The translations under genes were made by a program, and so were the position numbers. Shown here in pieces: positions 33,938-43,931 of a DNA stretch of 64,000 nt. Under the pieces are notes generated by a model. That model was not told where the DNA came from. It did not search any database and saw nothing but the letters and a program-made list of their open reading frames with translations. This DNA is from Bdellovibrionota bacterium (GTDB taxonomy: Bacteria; Bdellovibrionota; UBA1018; CAIPTA01; JAALKR01). The stretch lies in the NCBI GenBank assembly GCA_965207455.1, contig CBDBMJ010000001.1:736001-800000 (forward strand), given 5' to 3'. How positions within the stretch are numbered: the stretch's first letter is position 1; each line of letters opens with the position of its first letter.

Positions 33938-34240
33938 ATGAAAACTTTAATTTTATGTTTATCGGTACTAATTTTAAGTTCTTGCAGCACGCAGAAGTTC
34001 CTTTTCTCAAAGTCACTTCCTATGGAAGCCTCTAATGAGGGCGACGACAATATGCAAATTTTCTTCGTGTCTGGCATAGCTCAAACGAAACGACTAAAGG
34101 CCAAAAGATACTGTAAAGGAATGGGCAACATGAAAGTTGGTGCCATAGAGTTCAAAGAAAGTGTTCTCGACGGTCTTATCTCAGGGGCTACTTGGGGTGT
34201 AATTCATCCTAGAACAGCTAATGTTTATTGCGTAAAGTAG
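33938..34240 (+). CDS. Bor/Iss family lipoprotein
   Basis: Lipobox LSSC; FFVSGIAQ; DGL....T.G...PRTA.VYC. Confidence 0.85.
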   Translation: MKTLILCLSVLILSSCSTQKFLFSKSLPMEASNEGDDNMQIFFVSGIAQTKRLKAKRYCKGMGNMKVGAIEFKESVLDGLISGATWGVIHPRTANVYCVK

Positions 34241-34355
34241 GAACCTCCTAACTTTCGTTATTAAATAATTTACACTAAACAGCTTCCTTGTATTAACAAA
34301 TATATAAGGCAATAAATTTAAATGAAATTAGAAAAACAAAACACTGCGTTGTATA

Positions 34356-34383
34356 AAAGTGTCCGTTTTTTCGGGAAAGATCA
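34356..34383 (+). mobile_element. IS3-family terminal inverted repeat remnant
   Basis: AAAGTGTCCGTTTTTTCGGGAAAGATCA (reverse complement TGATCTTTCCCGAAAAAACGGACAC), located at the REase truncation point. Confidence 0.6.
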
Positions 34384-34999
34384 CTCTAGGCTTTCGTCTG
34401 ATATTGACTTTGGCAAAAAATGGCTGGGAATAAAAGTATCAGAAAAATATTTTAATACAGTAAAGAATTTTTCAAAAATTCCAATTTTTCAAAAACTTAA
34501 AAAACTTAAAGAAGAAAGTAATAATGAGAAAAAATGGAGTGAGTTAAAAGATTGCCACTCATCAATTTATGTTCCAGTATTAAATGCTTTTATTGATGAT
34601 CTTAAAAAGTTAGATAAAGAAAATCCAAAAAAAGTGGCAAGAAATCTTGTAGCATACTTAGTTGGCAATAAAGATTTTTATAAAATTATTAAAATTAAAA
34701 ACTCAATAGAAATACATGCCTACAATCTAACTGGGGAACTGAACTTGCCTTTTAAGAATATTGAACCTAAATATAAAATACCAAAAGTAGCTTTACCAAC
34801 AAAAATTTTAGACATTGACTTCAAAAAAAATAGCAAAACAACGATTATTGTTTCTTTTGACAATGATTGGGTCTTGTCTTTTAGAATACATAATGCAAGC
34901 TCAAGAATAGAACCGTCATTAAAGTTTGATATAAGTTTAATCGATGCGCCAAAAAATCTTTTCAAAAATACTTTAAACATAATTTATGGGAAAAAATAA
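34381..34999 (+). pseudogene. 5'-truncated HaeIII-family type II restriction endonuclease
   Basis: HSRLS..DFG..WLG, YVP.L.AF, YL.G..DFYK, W.LSFRIHNASS..EPSLKFDI match the HaeIII-type C-terminal part; the N-terminal catalytic region is replaced by IS-derived sequence. Confidence 0.8.
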
Positions 35000-35981
35000 T
35001 ATGAAATTAGTATCATTATTCACAGGTGCCGGCGGTCTTGACCTCGGTTTTAAAAAAGTTGGTTTTGAGATTGTTTGGGCTAACGAATTTGATAAATCAA
35101 TTTGGGAAACATTTCAAACTAATTTTCCTCATACTAAGTTAGATAAACGAAGCATTACTGATATTAAATCTAGCGAAGCACCAGAAGCAGACGGATTTAT
35201 TGGTGGACCGCCATGCCAGAGCTGGAGTGAAGCAGGCGCTCGTCGCGGAATTTCTGATGCTCGTGGACAATTATTTCATGATTATATTCGCCTTTTGAAA
35301 GATAAGAAACCTAAGTTTTTTCTTGCTGAAAATGTCTCCGGTATCTTGCATCCAAAACATTCAAAAGCATTTTTAAATATCATAAATGAGTTTGAAAACT
35401 CGGGATATAATGTGTCTTATAAATTATTAAACGCTAATGACTTTGATGTTCCTCAAGATCGCAAGCGTGTAATCATAATCGGTTATCGAAAAAACTTAAA
35501 GAAAAAATTTGAATTTCCAAAATCTCAAAGCTATAAGCCAGTATTAAAAGATGCTATTTGGGATTTACGAAAATCAAAACAAGCAAAAGAGGGAAATAAA
35601 ACAAATGGTGAAAATGATTTATTGGTGCCTAATCATGAATACATGAGCGGTGGATTCTCAAGTATCTATATGTCTAGAAATCGTGTGCGTCCATGGAGTG
35701 AACCTTCTTTTACTATTCAAGCAAGTGGAAGACATGCGCCAATGCACCCACAAGCACCTGAAATGAAATTTATTTCACAAAATAAAAGAATTTTTGTACC
35801 AGGACAAGAAAAAAAATATAGGCGTTTATCCGTTAGGGAATGCGCACGCATTCAAACATTTCCCGATAATTTTATTTTTAAATATGTAAATATTGCAGAC
35901 GGATATAAAATGATTGGAAATGCTGTGCCTGTTAATTTTGCAAAATACCTTGCGCAAAAAATAATGAACGACTTAAGGTAA
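34986..35981 (+). CDS. C5-cytosine DNA methyltransferase, M.HaeIII-like (probably GGCC)
   Basis: SLFTGAGGLDLG, GGPPCQSWS, AENV, QDRKRV, MSRNRVR.W.EP.FT.QASGR, HPQAP, IGNAVP; alternative start 35001. Confidence 0.93.
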   Translation: MGKNNMKLVSLFTGAGGLDLGFKKVGFEIVWANEFDKSIWETFQTNFPHTKLDKRSITDIKSSEAPEADGFIGGPPCQSWSEAGARRGISDARGQLFHDYIRLLKDKKPKFFLAENVSGILHPKHSKAFLNIINEFENSGYNVSYKLLNANDFDVPQDRKRVIIIGYRKNLKKKFEFPKSQSYKPVLKDAIWDLRKSKQAKEGNKTNGENDLLVPNHEYMSGGFSSIYMSRNRVRPWSEPSFTIQASGRHAPMHPQAPEMKFISQNKRIFVPGQEKKYRRLSVRECARIQTFPDNFIFKYVNIADGYKMIGNAVPVNFAKYLAQKIMNDLR

Positions 35982-36090
35982 ACCTTCCGCATATAAATTG
36001 AATCAAAGCATACCCCGATTTTACCTGTTGTCGGGTGAGAGCACCCATTTTTAAAAGCTGCCTGCGGTACTCTCTGATCCACACAAGGCA

Positions 36091-36113
36091 GTCCTTGGTT
36101 TTGGGAAAGATCA
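36091..36113 (-). mobile_element. second IS3-like end remnant
   Basis: GTCCTTGGTTTTGGGAAAGATCA shares the terminal GGGAAAGATCA with 34373-34383. Confidence 0.45.
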
Positions 36114-36160
36114 CAATAACCACCGTATTTCTGATGATTTTACCGTATTATAAGTTAGGT

Positions 36161-36186
36161 AGTTACAAAAAATAACTTACAGGCTC
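36161..36186 (+). mobile_element. solo IS256-type terminal inverted repeat
   Basis: AGTTACAAAAAATAACTTACAGGCTC is a 1-mismatch reverse complement of the IS256 end GAGCCTGTAAGTTATTTTGTGTAACT. Confidence 0.75.
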
Positions 36187-36399
36187 GTCTTTAGTGGAAA
36201 TGGGGTTAAAAGTGAAAATTCTTAACTATCGCACTTTATTCAAACTGGTCACAGTTTCTAGAAAACCTATCTTCAACGGCACGCTCATTTATGGCACTGC
36301 AAATTAAATTAAGTTGCCGATCGCTTGTCAAACTACTGAAGATAAAATCACTATCAAGGTTAGTATTTAAAGCCCAGCTACTTATGTTGAGGCTCGTTA

Positions 36400-37985
36400 A
36401 GCTGGAGGCATCATAAAACATACTATACATATTTATTACATCAGATGTATTAAAACTAGATAGATCAAGCGAGGTCAAACTGAAGGCACTCTCGAACATG
36501 TAGCTCATGTCTGTTACATTAGATGTATTAAAACTAGATAAATCAAGTGACGTTAAGCTGGAGGTACCAAGGAACATTTGCACCATATCTGTTACATTAG
36601 ATGTATCAAAACTAGATAAATCAATCGAAGTTAAGCTAGACGCAGCAGCAAACATGCCGAGCATATCTGTTACATTAGATGTATCAAAACTAGATAAATC
36701 AAGTGAAGTTAATCTAGAGGCTTTACCAAACATGATGCTCATATCTGTTACCTTAGATGTATCAAAATTAGATAAATCAAGTGAAGTTAAGCCAGGAACA
36801 TCATAAAACATAGCACTCATATCTGTTACATTAGCTGTATTAAAACTAGATAAATCAAGTGATGTTAAGCTAGAAGCACCAAGAACATGTAGCTCATGTC
36901 TGTTACATTAGATGTGTTAAAACTAGATAGATTCAACGAAGTTAAGGCAGAGGTAAAAGCAAACATAGCACTCATATCTTTCACTTCAGATGTGTCAAAG
37001 TTAGATAGATCAAGTGAGGTTAAGCCAAAGGCACCATTAAACATGCCAACCATAGTTGTTACATTAGATGTATTAAAACTAGATAGATTAAGCGAAGTTA
37101 AAGCAGAAGCCTTAAAAAACATACCCCCCATAGTTGTTACATTAGAGGTATTAAAACTAGATAAGTTAAGTGAAGCTAAGCTAGAGGCACCATTAAACAT
37201 GCCAGCCATAGTTGTTACATTAGAGGTATTAAAACTAGATAGATTAAGCGAAGTTAAAGCAGAAGCCTTAAAAAACATACCATACATAGTTGTTACATTA
37301 GAGGTATTAAAACTAGATAAGTTAAGTGAAGCTAAGCTAGAGGCTCTATTAAACATACCATGCATAGTTGTTACATTAGATGTATCAAAACTAGATAAAT
37401 CAAGCGAAGTTAATCTAGAGGTATTCAAAAACATACCGTTCATATCTGTTACCTTAGATGTATCAAAATTAGATAAATCAAGCGAAGTTAAGTTAGAGGC
37501 ATCCAAAAACATACCACCCATAGTTGTTACATTAGCTGTATTAAAACTAGATAAATCAATGGAAGTTAAACTTGTAGTCCTAGCAAACATAGCCAACATA
37601 TTCGTTACACTAGATGTATCAAAACTAGATAGATCAATGGAAGTTAAACTTGTAGTAGTGGAAAACATGTAGCTCATGTCTGTTACATTAGATGTATTAA
37701 AACTAGATAGATTCAACGAAGTTAAGGCAGAGGTAAAAGCAAACATAGCACTCATATCTTTCACTTCAGATGTGTCAAAGTTAGATAGATCAAGTGAGGT
37801 TAAGCCAAAGGCACCATTAAACATGCCAACCATAGTTGTTACATTAGAGGTATTAAAACTAGATAGATTAAGCGAAGTTAAAGCAGAAGCCTTAAAAAAC
37901 ATACCATACATAGTTGTTACATTAGAGGTATTAAAACTAGATAAATCAAGCGAAGTTAAACTAGGGTCATCAGAAAACATACCAT
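36400..37985 (-). repeat. 78-bp coding tandem repeat array
   Basis: Unit xxxSLTSLDLSSFNTSNVTxMxxMF; near-identical block at ~36884-37120 and ~37664-37900, 780 bp (10 units) apart. Confidence 0.92.
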
Positions 37986-39591
37986 GAGCCTGTAAGTTAT
38001 TTTGTGTAACTGCGGTTTTAGCACCAAATCAACTCTCATCGTCAATGAAAAGTTAATTCAACTGCCGCTTCTATTTTTTTCCAGCAGCATTAACTGCTAG
38101 AAAATTATTTATATCAAATCCATCTCTCCGTGTCAATCATGAAATTAAAAAAAATGTAAAATCTTAACGGGTAATAGCTTTCACTAAGTGAGTTTTAAGC
38201 AAAAACCATACAACCCCCTGGAACCCAAGGGGTAGTTTTTAGATAGCGAAGACTAGCTAAATAATTTATATTTTACTTCAAGCGAAAGGTTACTCTCTTT
38301 TGCCTCAGAGATCGAACCTGCCTTCATATTCAATTGCAAATCGGTTCATTGCTAAAGGCCAATTATGCAATGGCATTGTCCATTTACGAGATGCCTGTTG
38401 TGTTGCTAAATAAATTAACTTTAAAGCAGACCCATCGTTTGGAAATATTTTTCTATTCCTAATGCTCTTACGGATAACACTGTTTAAAGACTCTATCGCA
38501 TTCGTTGTATAGATAACTTTTCTGATCTCATAGGGATAATCAAAAATAGAAATTAAATTTTCCCAATTATTCCTCCAAGAACGCTCTATCTGAGGATATT
38601 TATCCGACCATTTTTTCCCAAATGCATCTAGCGCTGTCTGGGCAGCTTCCAGTGTTGGAGCACCGTAAATTGCTTTTAGATCCTTAGCTACTGCCTTCTT
38701 ATCTTTTGAGGGCACATATCGAAAAGAATTACGCATCATATGGACGATACATAACTGTATCTTAGCCTTAGGAAATGCCGTTGTAATTCTTCCGGAAAAC
38801 CAGTTAGACCGTCTACACAAACAATAAAAATATCCTTAACTCCTCGGTTCTGCAAATCTGTTAAAACACTTAACCAAAATTTAGCTCCTTCTTCAACCTG
38901 CAATCCAAAGACCAAGGAGTTCCTTGTGTCCCGACTGTGTAACTCCCAATGCAAGATAGACCGATTTATTTCTTACACGACCACTCTCATGAACTTTCAC
39001 GACTATACAATCAAGGTATAGTATGGGGTATACCTTATCTAGGGAGCGACTAGCCATTCCTTAACGGTATCTATAACTGCATCTGTGACATTAGAGATAA
39101 ATGGGATATTTCTGCCAAACCATAGAGTTCCTTAATTGTTTCCTGAACACTCGTGTGGTCATACCTCGGCTATACAGAGCCAGTATAGTGTCCTCAAAGC
39201 CCTCTAAGCGAGTTTTCCCTTTTGGGATAACTTTAGGCTCAAATGAGGCGTCTCTGTCTCTAGGAGTGCTCAAATCAAGCTCACCCTTATCACATTTTAT
39301 CGTTTTTGAAATGTAACCATTGCGAGTATTCTTTCTTCGATTACCCAATTTATCATTTCTCTCATAGCCCAGGTGATCATCTAACTCTGCATTGAGCGCA
39401 GATTCAAAAATCGTCTTTGTTAGCTGACCCATGATCCCTGAAATATCTTTTTGTGTTTTTACACCCCTGGCAAGTTCTTTGCCTATCGCATCAATATCCA
39501 TAACTACTTTCTCCTTCTGATGATTCATCATACCATTTGATGATTCCACCATAGTTAAGTTAAGCAGTTACACAATTTACTTTACAGGCTC
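37986..39591 (-). mobile_element. IS256-family element with frameshifted transposase (38305..39501)
   Basis: TIRs GAGCCTGTAAGTTATTTTGTGTAACTGC / GCAGTTACACAATTTACTTTACAGGCTC; 8-bp TSD CATACCAT (37978-37985, 39592-39599); motifs ELD.HLGY, PRDR..FEP, DGL.GF, QLCIVH, YTTNAIES. Confidence 0.93.
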
Positions 39592-40453
39592 CATACCATG
39601 CATAGTTGTTACATTGGAGGTATCTGTACTGCCAGCAGCAAATTTTGTGAGCTTTGAACATTCGTAAAAAGCAGCTTCAAAATTTTTCCAACTCATATGC
39701 CCAAGATTTTGTACTTCAATCAGTTTATCTTTATCTTGATTAGACTGCCCCCCCCACGACTCCATTATGCCTTCGATTATAATTGTCTTATCTCCAGTTC
39801 TCCTGTAAGTATGATGAATATCCAAATCGTCATAAGCAGTAACTTCTTGAAGGTCTGATCCATCACCCCAATCAACAGTAAAATTATATACAAAGTTATA
39901 TCCATTTCCATTATCTTGTTTTAGAGGAAGAGTAACAGTATTATCTGCATCTCCATAACCTCTAACTCCAATACGCCAAGTTGATATAAATCCTGATTCG
40001 AGCTTATAGGCTTCTTTATTAGAACATTCTGAACTATTTCCTGCTACATCTGTCTGCTTTGCATAAAAAGAGTGTTCGCCGCTAATTAAACTGTCAGTAA
40101 GGGTTATCTCCATACTGATACCTGTTATGCTCTTGCTTTCTAGCAAGGTAGTGCAATTATAGTCTGAATATAAGCCAACAGTACCTTCCGTACCCTCGAT
40201 ACCTGCAAACTCTAAATTTCCAACACTAAATATTGGATTCCTTTCATTAGAGGGACTATCAGTCACAAGCGATAAAATTGGCGTCTTTACTGAAACTTCT
40301 AAAGTTCCTGAAACAGGAGAAGAATCACTACCACAGCCACTCAGTGCAGTCACTAAAAATAGTACCATTAGGATATATATATTCCGTTTTAAAAAATTCA
40401 CTTAAAATACCTCCATGTTATCTTTCAAATTCAAAAATTATCTGCCATACACC

Positions 40454-40480
40454 ACTTCGGAACAATTTAGAATTAACTTA
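40454..40480 (-). promoter_or_regulatory. sigma28 (FliA)-type promoter
   Basis: TAAG-N15-TCCGAAGT upstream of the lipoprotein starting at 40401. Confidence 0.55.
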
Positions 40481-40629
40481 GTAAAAAAGCAGGTATTAGA
40501 ATTTAAGCATAAAGAATTAGGAAAACAGGTTTTTATGTAACCTTGAAACATGTATTTTTTATTGAAAATGGTGCTAGATTATCATAAGCACATACGAATA
40601 TAAACCTGTTCTCGATATATAAGAGTTTA

Positions 40630-40920
40630 TTATTTCGTTTTAAGCATAGTCTTTATCTCACTTAAAGTTACTTTTCTTTTGGATTTTTGCAGTTCTTTTA
40701 GTATTGCTTTTGTATAATCAATAGGGTTTTGCGTTTCAGCTTGAATTTTTTTCATGTTATTTGAAAAATGTTTCTTTTGATAGTCTAAAATAATCCAAGA
40801 CAATAAATCTGTCTTTTTTATTTTTGCTTTAATATCTTTATTTAGGGATTCCAGCATAGTTTTCAATGAGTCGCCAGATTCTTTTGTGAGGGATACTTTC
40901 ATTATTTTTTCCTTATCCAT
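40630..40920 (-). CDS. 96-aa basic protein, ribbon-helix-helix-like (copy 1)
   Basis: RBS AAGGAG; strand KIMKVSLT followed by two helices; near-identical to 46545..46835. Confidence 0.75.
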   Translation of the reverse strand: MDKEKIMKVSLTKESGDSLKTMLESLNKDIKAKIKKTDLLSWIILDYQKKHFSNNMKKIQAETQNPIDYTKAILKELQKSKRKVTLSEIKTMLKTK

Positions 40921-40954
40921 ATTTTCTCCTTTCTTAATTAATTAAAATTATTTT

Positions 40955-41245
40955 CTAACATTTGCTGCACGATTTCAGGTCTGATTCAATTTCAAGGATA
41001 ATTTCTTTTATATTTTTCTCCCAGTACTTTATATATTTTGCTCTTTTGCTATATATGTGCTGATAAAGAGTAAAAATATAATGGCTAAAACCACTTAAAT
41101 TTAGCCTAGCACCTCTGCATACACCGCTGTATTCATCTAAATATCCTCCAAATTTTTTACCAAAGTCATCAATTGATTTTTTTCGCAACCTATTCCATTC
41201 TATGCCATTTATTGCCCAATCCACACCTGTAGCGTCCAAGCCCAA
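40955..41245 (-). pseudogene. C-terminal fragment paralogous to 55988..57169
   Basis: LDATGVDWA..G.EW...FSHY.FTLYQ..Y..KRAKY.K.WEK.IKE aligns with the end of the 55988 protein. Confidence 0.7.
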
Positions 41246-41288
41246 GGGAACGCAAAAGATATTTAAAATAAAAGAGGTTTGTAAAAAT

Positions 41289-41467
41289 GCACATCAGGTA
41301 CTGAGGAACACTGACACTAGATTGCCCAAAGAACCCTTTAGATTAATTAAGATGATAGGCGGCAGGACGGGTTTCTTTCACTTTAAAAATAATGGGGGGT
41401 TCCTAGTCCCTGGCGACGCACTTGGTCAGATGTTCCTATCGGGAGCCTGATCCTGCTAAGTTTTTTT
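41289..41467 (+). ncRNA. candidate structured RNA/ssDNA element
   Basis: Nested complementary segments with G-U-type pairs on the plus strand, ending in T7. Confidence 0.35.
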
Positions 41468-41514
41468 AAAATATCCTATCCCTTGCCTCCTCATAACAAG
41501 TGCACAGCTCTCGA

Positions 41515-41863
41515 TTAAGAGGCTGTGCACGCTTTTGCTGACTCTAAAAACTTAACTCCCTCGATATGCACTTCATTTACAAAATCAGTGCAGCCACAGT
41601 CTAGGAGCTGGCTTATTTTTACATTTCCGACAATCCAAATTTGATCACCTTCTCCGCAAAGTTGCAGCCGCTGGATAACCTTTTTATTTAATGCAATCGC
41701 ATTAAATATTTGCTCATCTTTAAGCCATGATTCCGATTTTTTAGCAGATTTCGCATTTCTCAATGTTACTGATATAGACGGTGCACCATAATGCGAATAG
41801 CTAACAACTGGGCTTGTCTCTAGCTTTGCAGTTAGTGACATTTTTTTAATTTTTTTTATACAT
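41515..41863 (-). CDS. single-stranded DNA-binding (SSB/OB-fold)-like protein
   Basis: L...P...Y...G..., F...A, G..IWI.G.., E..I..V.FL pattern of SSB. The RBS-preceded ATG 41863 is out of frame by one A in an A8 run; an in-frame ATG lies at 41841. Confidence 0.6.
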
Positions 41864-41946
41864 TTTTCTCCAATCCTACGTGTGTATTTTCTCTCTACTC
41901 GTAGAATGGGATTCATAACTGCTTGAAATTTAACTTGCTCAACACA

Positions 41947-41985
41947 CTACACTCGTAGTTTTTTCCTACGAGTGTAGAATCCTGC
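41947..41985 (+). other. perfect 12-bp inverted repeat followed by ATCCTGC (candidate oriT or operator)
   Basis: CTACACTCGTAG-TTTTTTC-CTACGAGTGTAG-AATCCTG/C. Confidence 0.45.
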
Positions 41986-42297
41986 TGCTTACTAAGATCA
42001 TTTGCAAAGTGTGTGACAAGAGTGTAAAAAAAACGTGACAAAAATGCCTAATTTTCACTAACTTTCACTAATACAGTGCAAACTCAGATCATAATCTCAT
42101 CTTCCATTTTTTTACTTTTAGTTGTTTTATTTCAGTTACTTAGAGGTTTTGTTTTTGCCAGTTAATTTTTTTGGGTTCCACCAACCACACGGTATGCGCG
42201 GTGGTGGAAATTAGCGCACTCTTTTAAATGATTGGTTTCTTTAACTTTTTTATTTTCTAGCAATACATAAAATACAAGAAAAATTTAAAAGCAAAAG

Positions 42298-43401
42298 TTA
42301 GCTTTTTTCCTGTAAATCAAGAATTTTTGCTGCCTCTACTCTTGGATTGTGAATATTCAGGCAATCTGTAATTCCCTTTATCTCCACTCCTGCCTTTCTC
42401 GCATATATCATCATGGTTTTCATTTCCTTCCAGCCGCCCATGCTCATTACTTTTATTGCTGGTATTCCTTTGCTCAACATTATAGTTGCCCAAGTCGCCC
42501 TCAAATCATGAAATCGAACAGGAGGAAGTCCTATATTCAAAAGAAATACTTTTAAACATTTGGCTTGTCTTCCCTTATCCCAGCGATAAATTCTAGGAAG
42601 CACAAAATTCCCACTCTCTCTTTTAACTTTTAACTTATTTAGAATAGGCAAAAGATTAGGTGCTATCTCTATCATTCGGTCATCGCCAGATTTTGTAGAC
42701 TTAAAACCATCTTTATTGTTCCAAGCACAATCTACTAAAATTTGGCGATTTTCTAAGTTTACTTTATCCCAAGTAAGGGCGTACAATTCACCATTGCGTA
42801 AACCTGTATAGACTGCCATTGCCCATATTGAATACCATTCATTTTCCGTTAGCTTAGCTTCTGTTAGAAGTGTCCTTGCTTGATCAAGAGTCAAAACCTT
42901 TTTGATTTTATCTCCAGATCGAAAATTCATTTTTGGCGTTGGATTACAAGTAATATATCCTTGCTCTAACGAATAAGTCATTGCTCCACGAATGAATTTA
43001 AGAACACTTTTTTTATGTCCCTCTGACTTACCATCAAGAATTTCATTTATAACATAACGAATCTCACTACCAATAATTTCATTTACAAGCTTATCACCCC
43101 AAAGAGGTACAGTATGTGCTTGTAAACAACAAACGCAATTCTCAATACTTTTTTCTGAAAGTCCAGAATAACGCTGCGCCTCAGTATACTCATCTATAAC
43201 CTTTGCCCAAGTTGGAGTTGGATAAATAGTCATATTTACCTTTCTCTCTACAAGCATTATTAGCTTTCGTTCCATCTTTATTGCTTCGGCTTTTGTTTTT
43301 AGATTCTTTCTCATACATGAAGCTACTTTTTTAGCGGCTTTATTTCGTTTTGAAAACCAAACTGTCCATGTTTTCGTTTTATCATCTTTTTTCATACCCA
43401 T
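42298..43401 (-). CDS. int: tyrosine integrase (phage/ICE type)
   Basis: TGLRNGEL (R), TKSG (K), RFHDLR (HxxR), GGW, MMIY (Y); N-terminal arm-binding-like domain. Confidence 0.92.
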   Translation of the reverse strand: MGMKKDDKTKTWTVWFSKRNKAAKKVASCMRKNLKTKAEAIKMERKLIMLVERKVNMTIYPTPTWAKVIDEYTEAQRYSGLSEKSIENCVCCLQAHTVPLWGDKLVNEIIGSEIRYVINEILDGKSEGHKKSVLKFIRGAMTYSLEQGYITCNPTPKMNFRSGDKIKKVLTLDQARTLLTEAKLTENEWYSIWAMAVYTGLRNGELYALTWDKVNLENRQILVDCAWNNKDGFKSTKSGDDRMIEIAPNLLPILNKLKVKRESGNFVLPRIYRWDKGRQAKCLKVFLLNIGLPPVRFHDLRATWATIMLSKGIPAIKVMSMGGWKEMKTMMIYARKAGVEIKGITDCLNIHNPRVEAAKILDLQEKS

Positions 43402-43402
43402 A

Positions 43403-43753
43403 TTAATCTCCTTTTGTTTTTAGGAGATGTATGCCATATAAATCAGAAAGCAGGTAGCGATTTCTGCTTCCAAGTTTATAAACCTGAACATTACCTGCAC
43501 TCACCATATTTAAAAGTGACTGAGTGGATAATCGCAAAAAGTCTGCTGCTTCCTGAGTTGTAAGAAACTGATCATTTTTGACTGTCAAAGAACGATTCCC
43601 ACCCGTAGCACAAGAACTACAAGTAGTAATATTAGTACTTTCATTAAATACCTTATTTCTTTTATTGTCAACTACTGTATTTTTAAAAATTGAATCCAAA
43701 TCTATGGACTCTCTGGCTAAACGCCTCTCTTTTTCTGTTCTTCTTTTTTTCAT
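43403..43753 (-). CDS. excisionase-like HTH protein
   Basis: FLTTQEAADFLRLS..SL.NMV..G.V..YKLG.RNRY; immediately upstream of int. Confidence 0.8.
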   Translation of the reverse strand: MKKRRTEKERRLARESIDLDSIFKNTVVDNKRNKVFNESTNITTCSSCATGGNRSLTVKNDQFLTTQEAADFLRLSTQSLLNMVSAGNVQVYKLGSRNRYLLSDLYGIHLLKTKGD

Positions 43754-43931
43754 ACTTTCCTTTCTTCCCTACCCTCTCATAACCTTTAAAATCATTCTTT
43801 CTCTATTACACAGCAATCATTTATTAAAATTTGGAGAAAAAACGAACAAATAGATATGAAATGGTTGGGTATAAATAATTTTTTATTTTCTGTTATTTGT
43901 ACTAAATGGAAATATAGTTTAATAATAAAGT

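Larger units (their letters stand above)
36236..40401 (-). pseudogene. lipoprotein with Ig-like and VDWGD domains and ~21 26-aa LRR (BspA/DUF285-type) repeats; split by IS256 and a 1-bp deletion near 36881
   Basis: Lipobox LSGC. Removing the IS and one TSD copy restores ...NVTTMHGMFSDDPSLTS...; adding one base near 36881 restores MFLGASSLTS. Confidence 0.88.

Noticed and set aside
36400..37985. CRISPR-like periodicity (also at 44700-45480)
   Set aside because: The period is 78 bp, in frame, and encodes LRR units; there is no repeat/unique-spacer structure and no cas gene
36507..37987. Plus-strand repetitive ORFs (36507, 36896, 37676)
   Set aside because: Antisense shadows of the LRR repeats
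41202..41450. 82-aa plus-strand ORF
   Set aside because: No RBS or recognisable motif; it overlaps a gene remnant and the structured element
42170..42220. attR duplication of tRNA-Leu
   Set aside because: Only short, gapped similarity to the tRNA ends; not a convincing direct repeat
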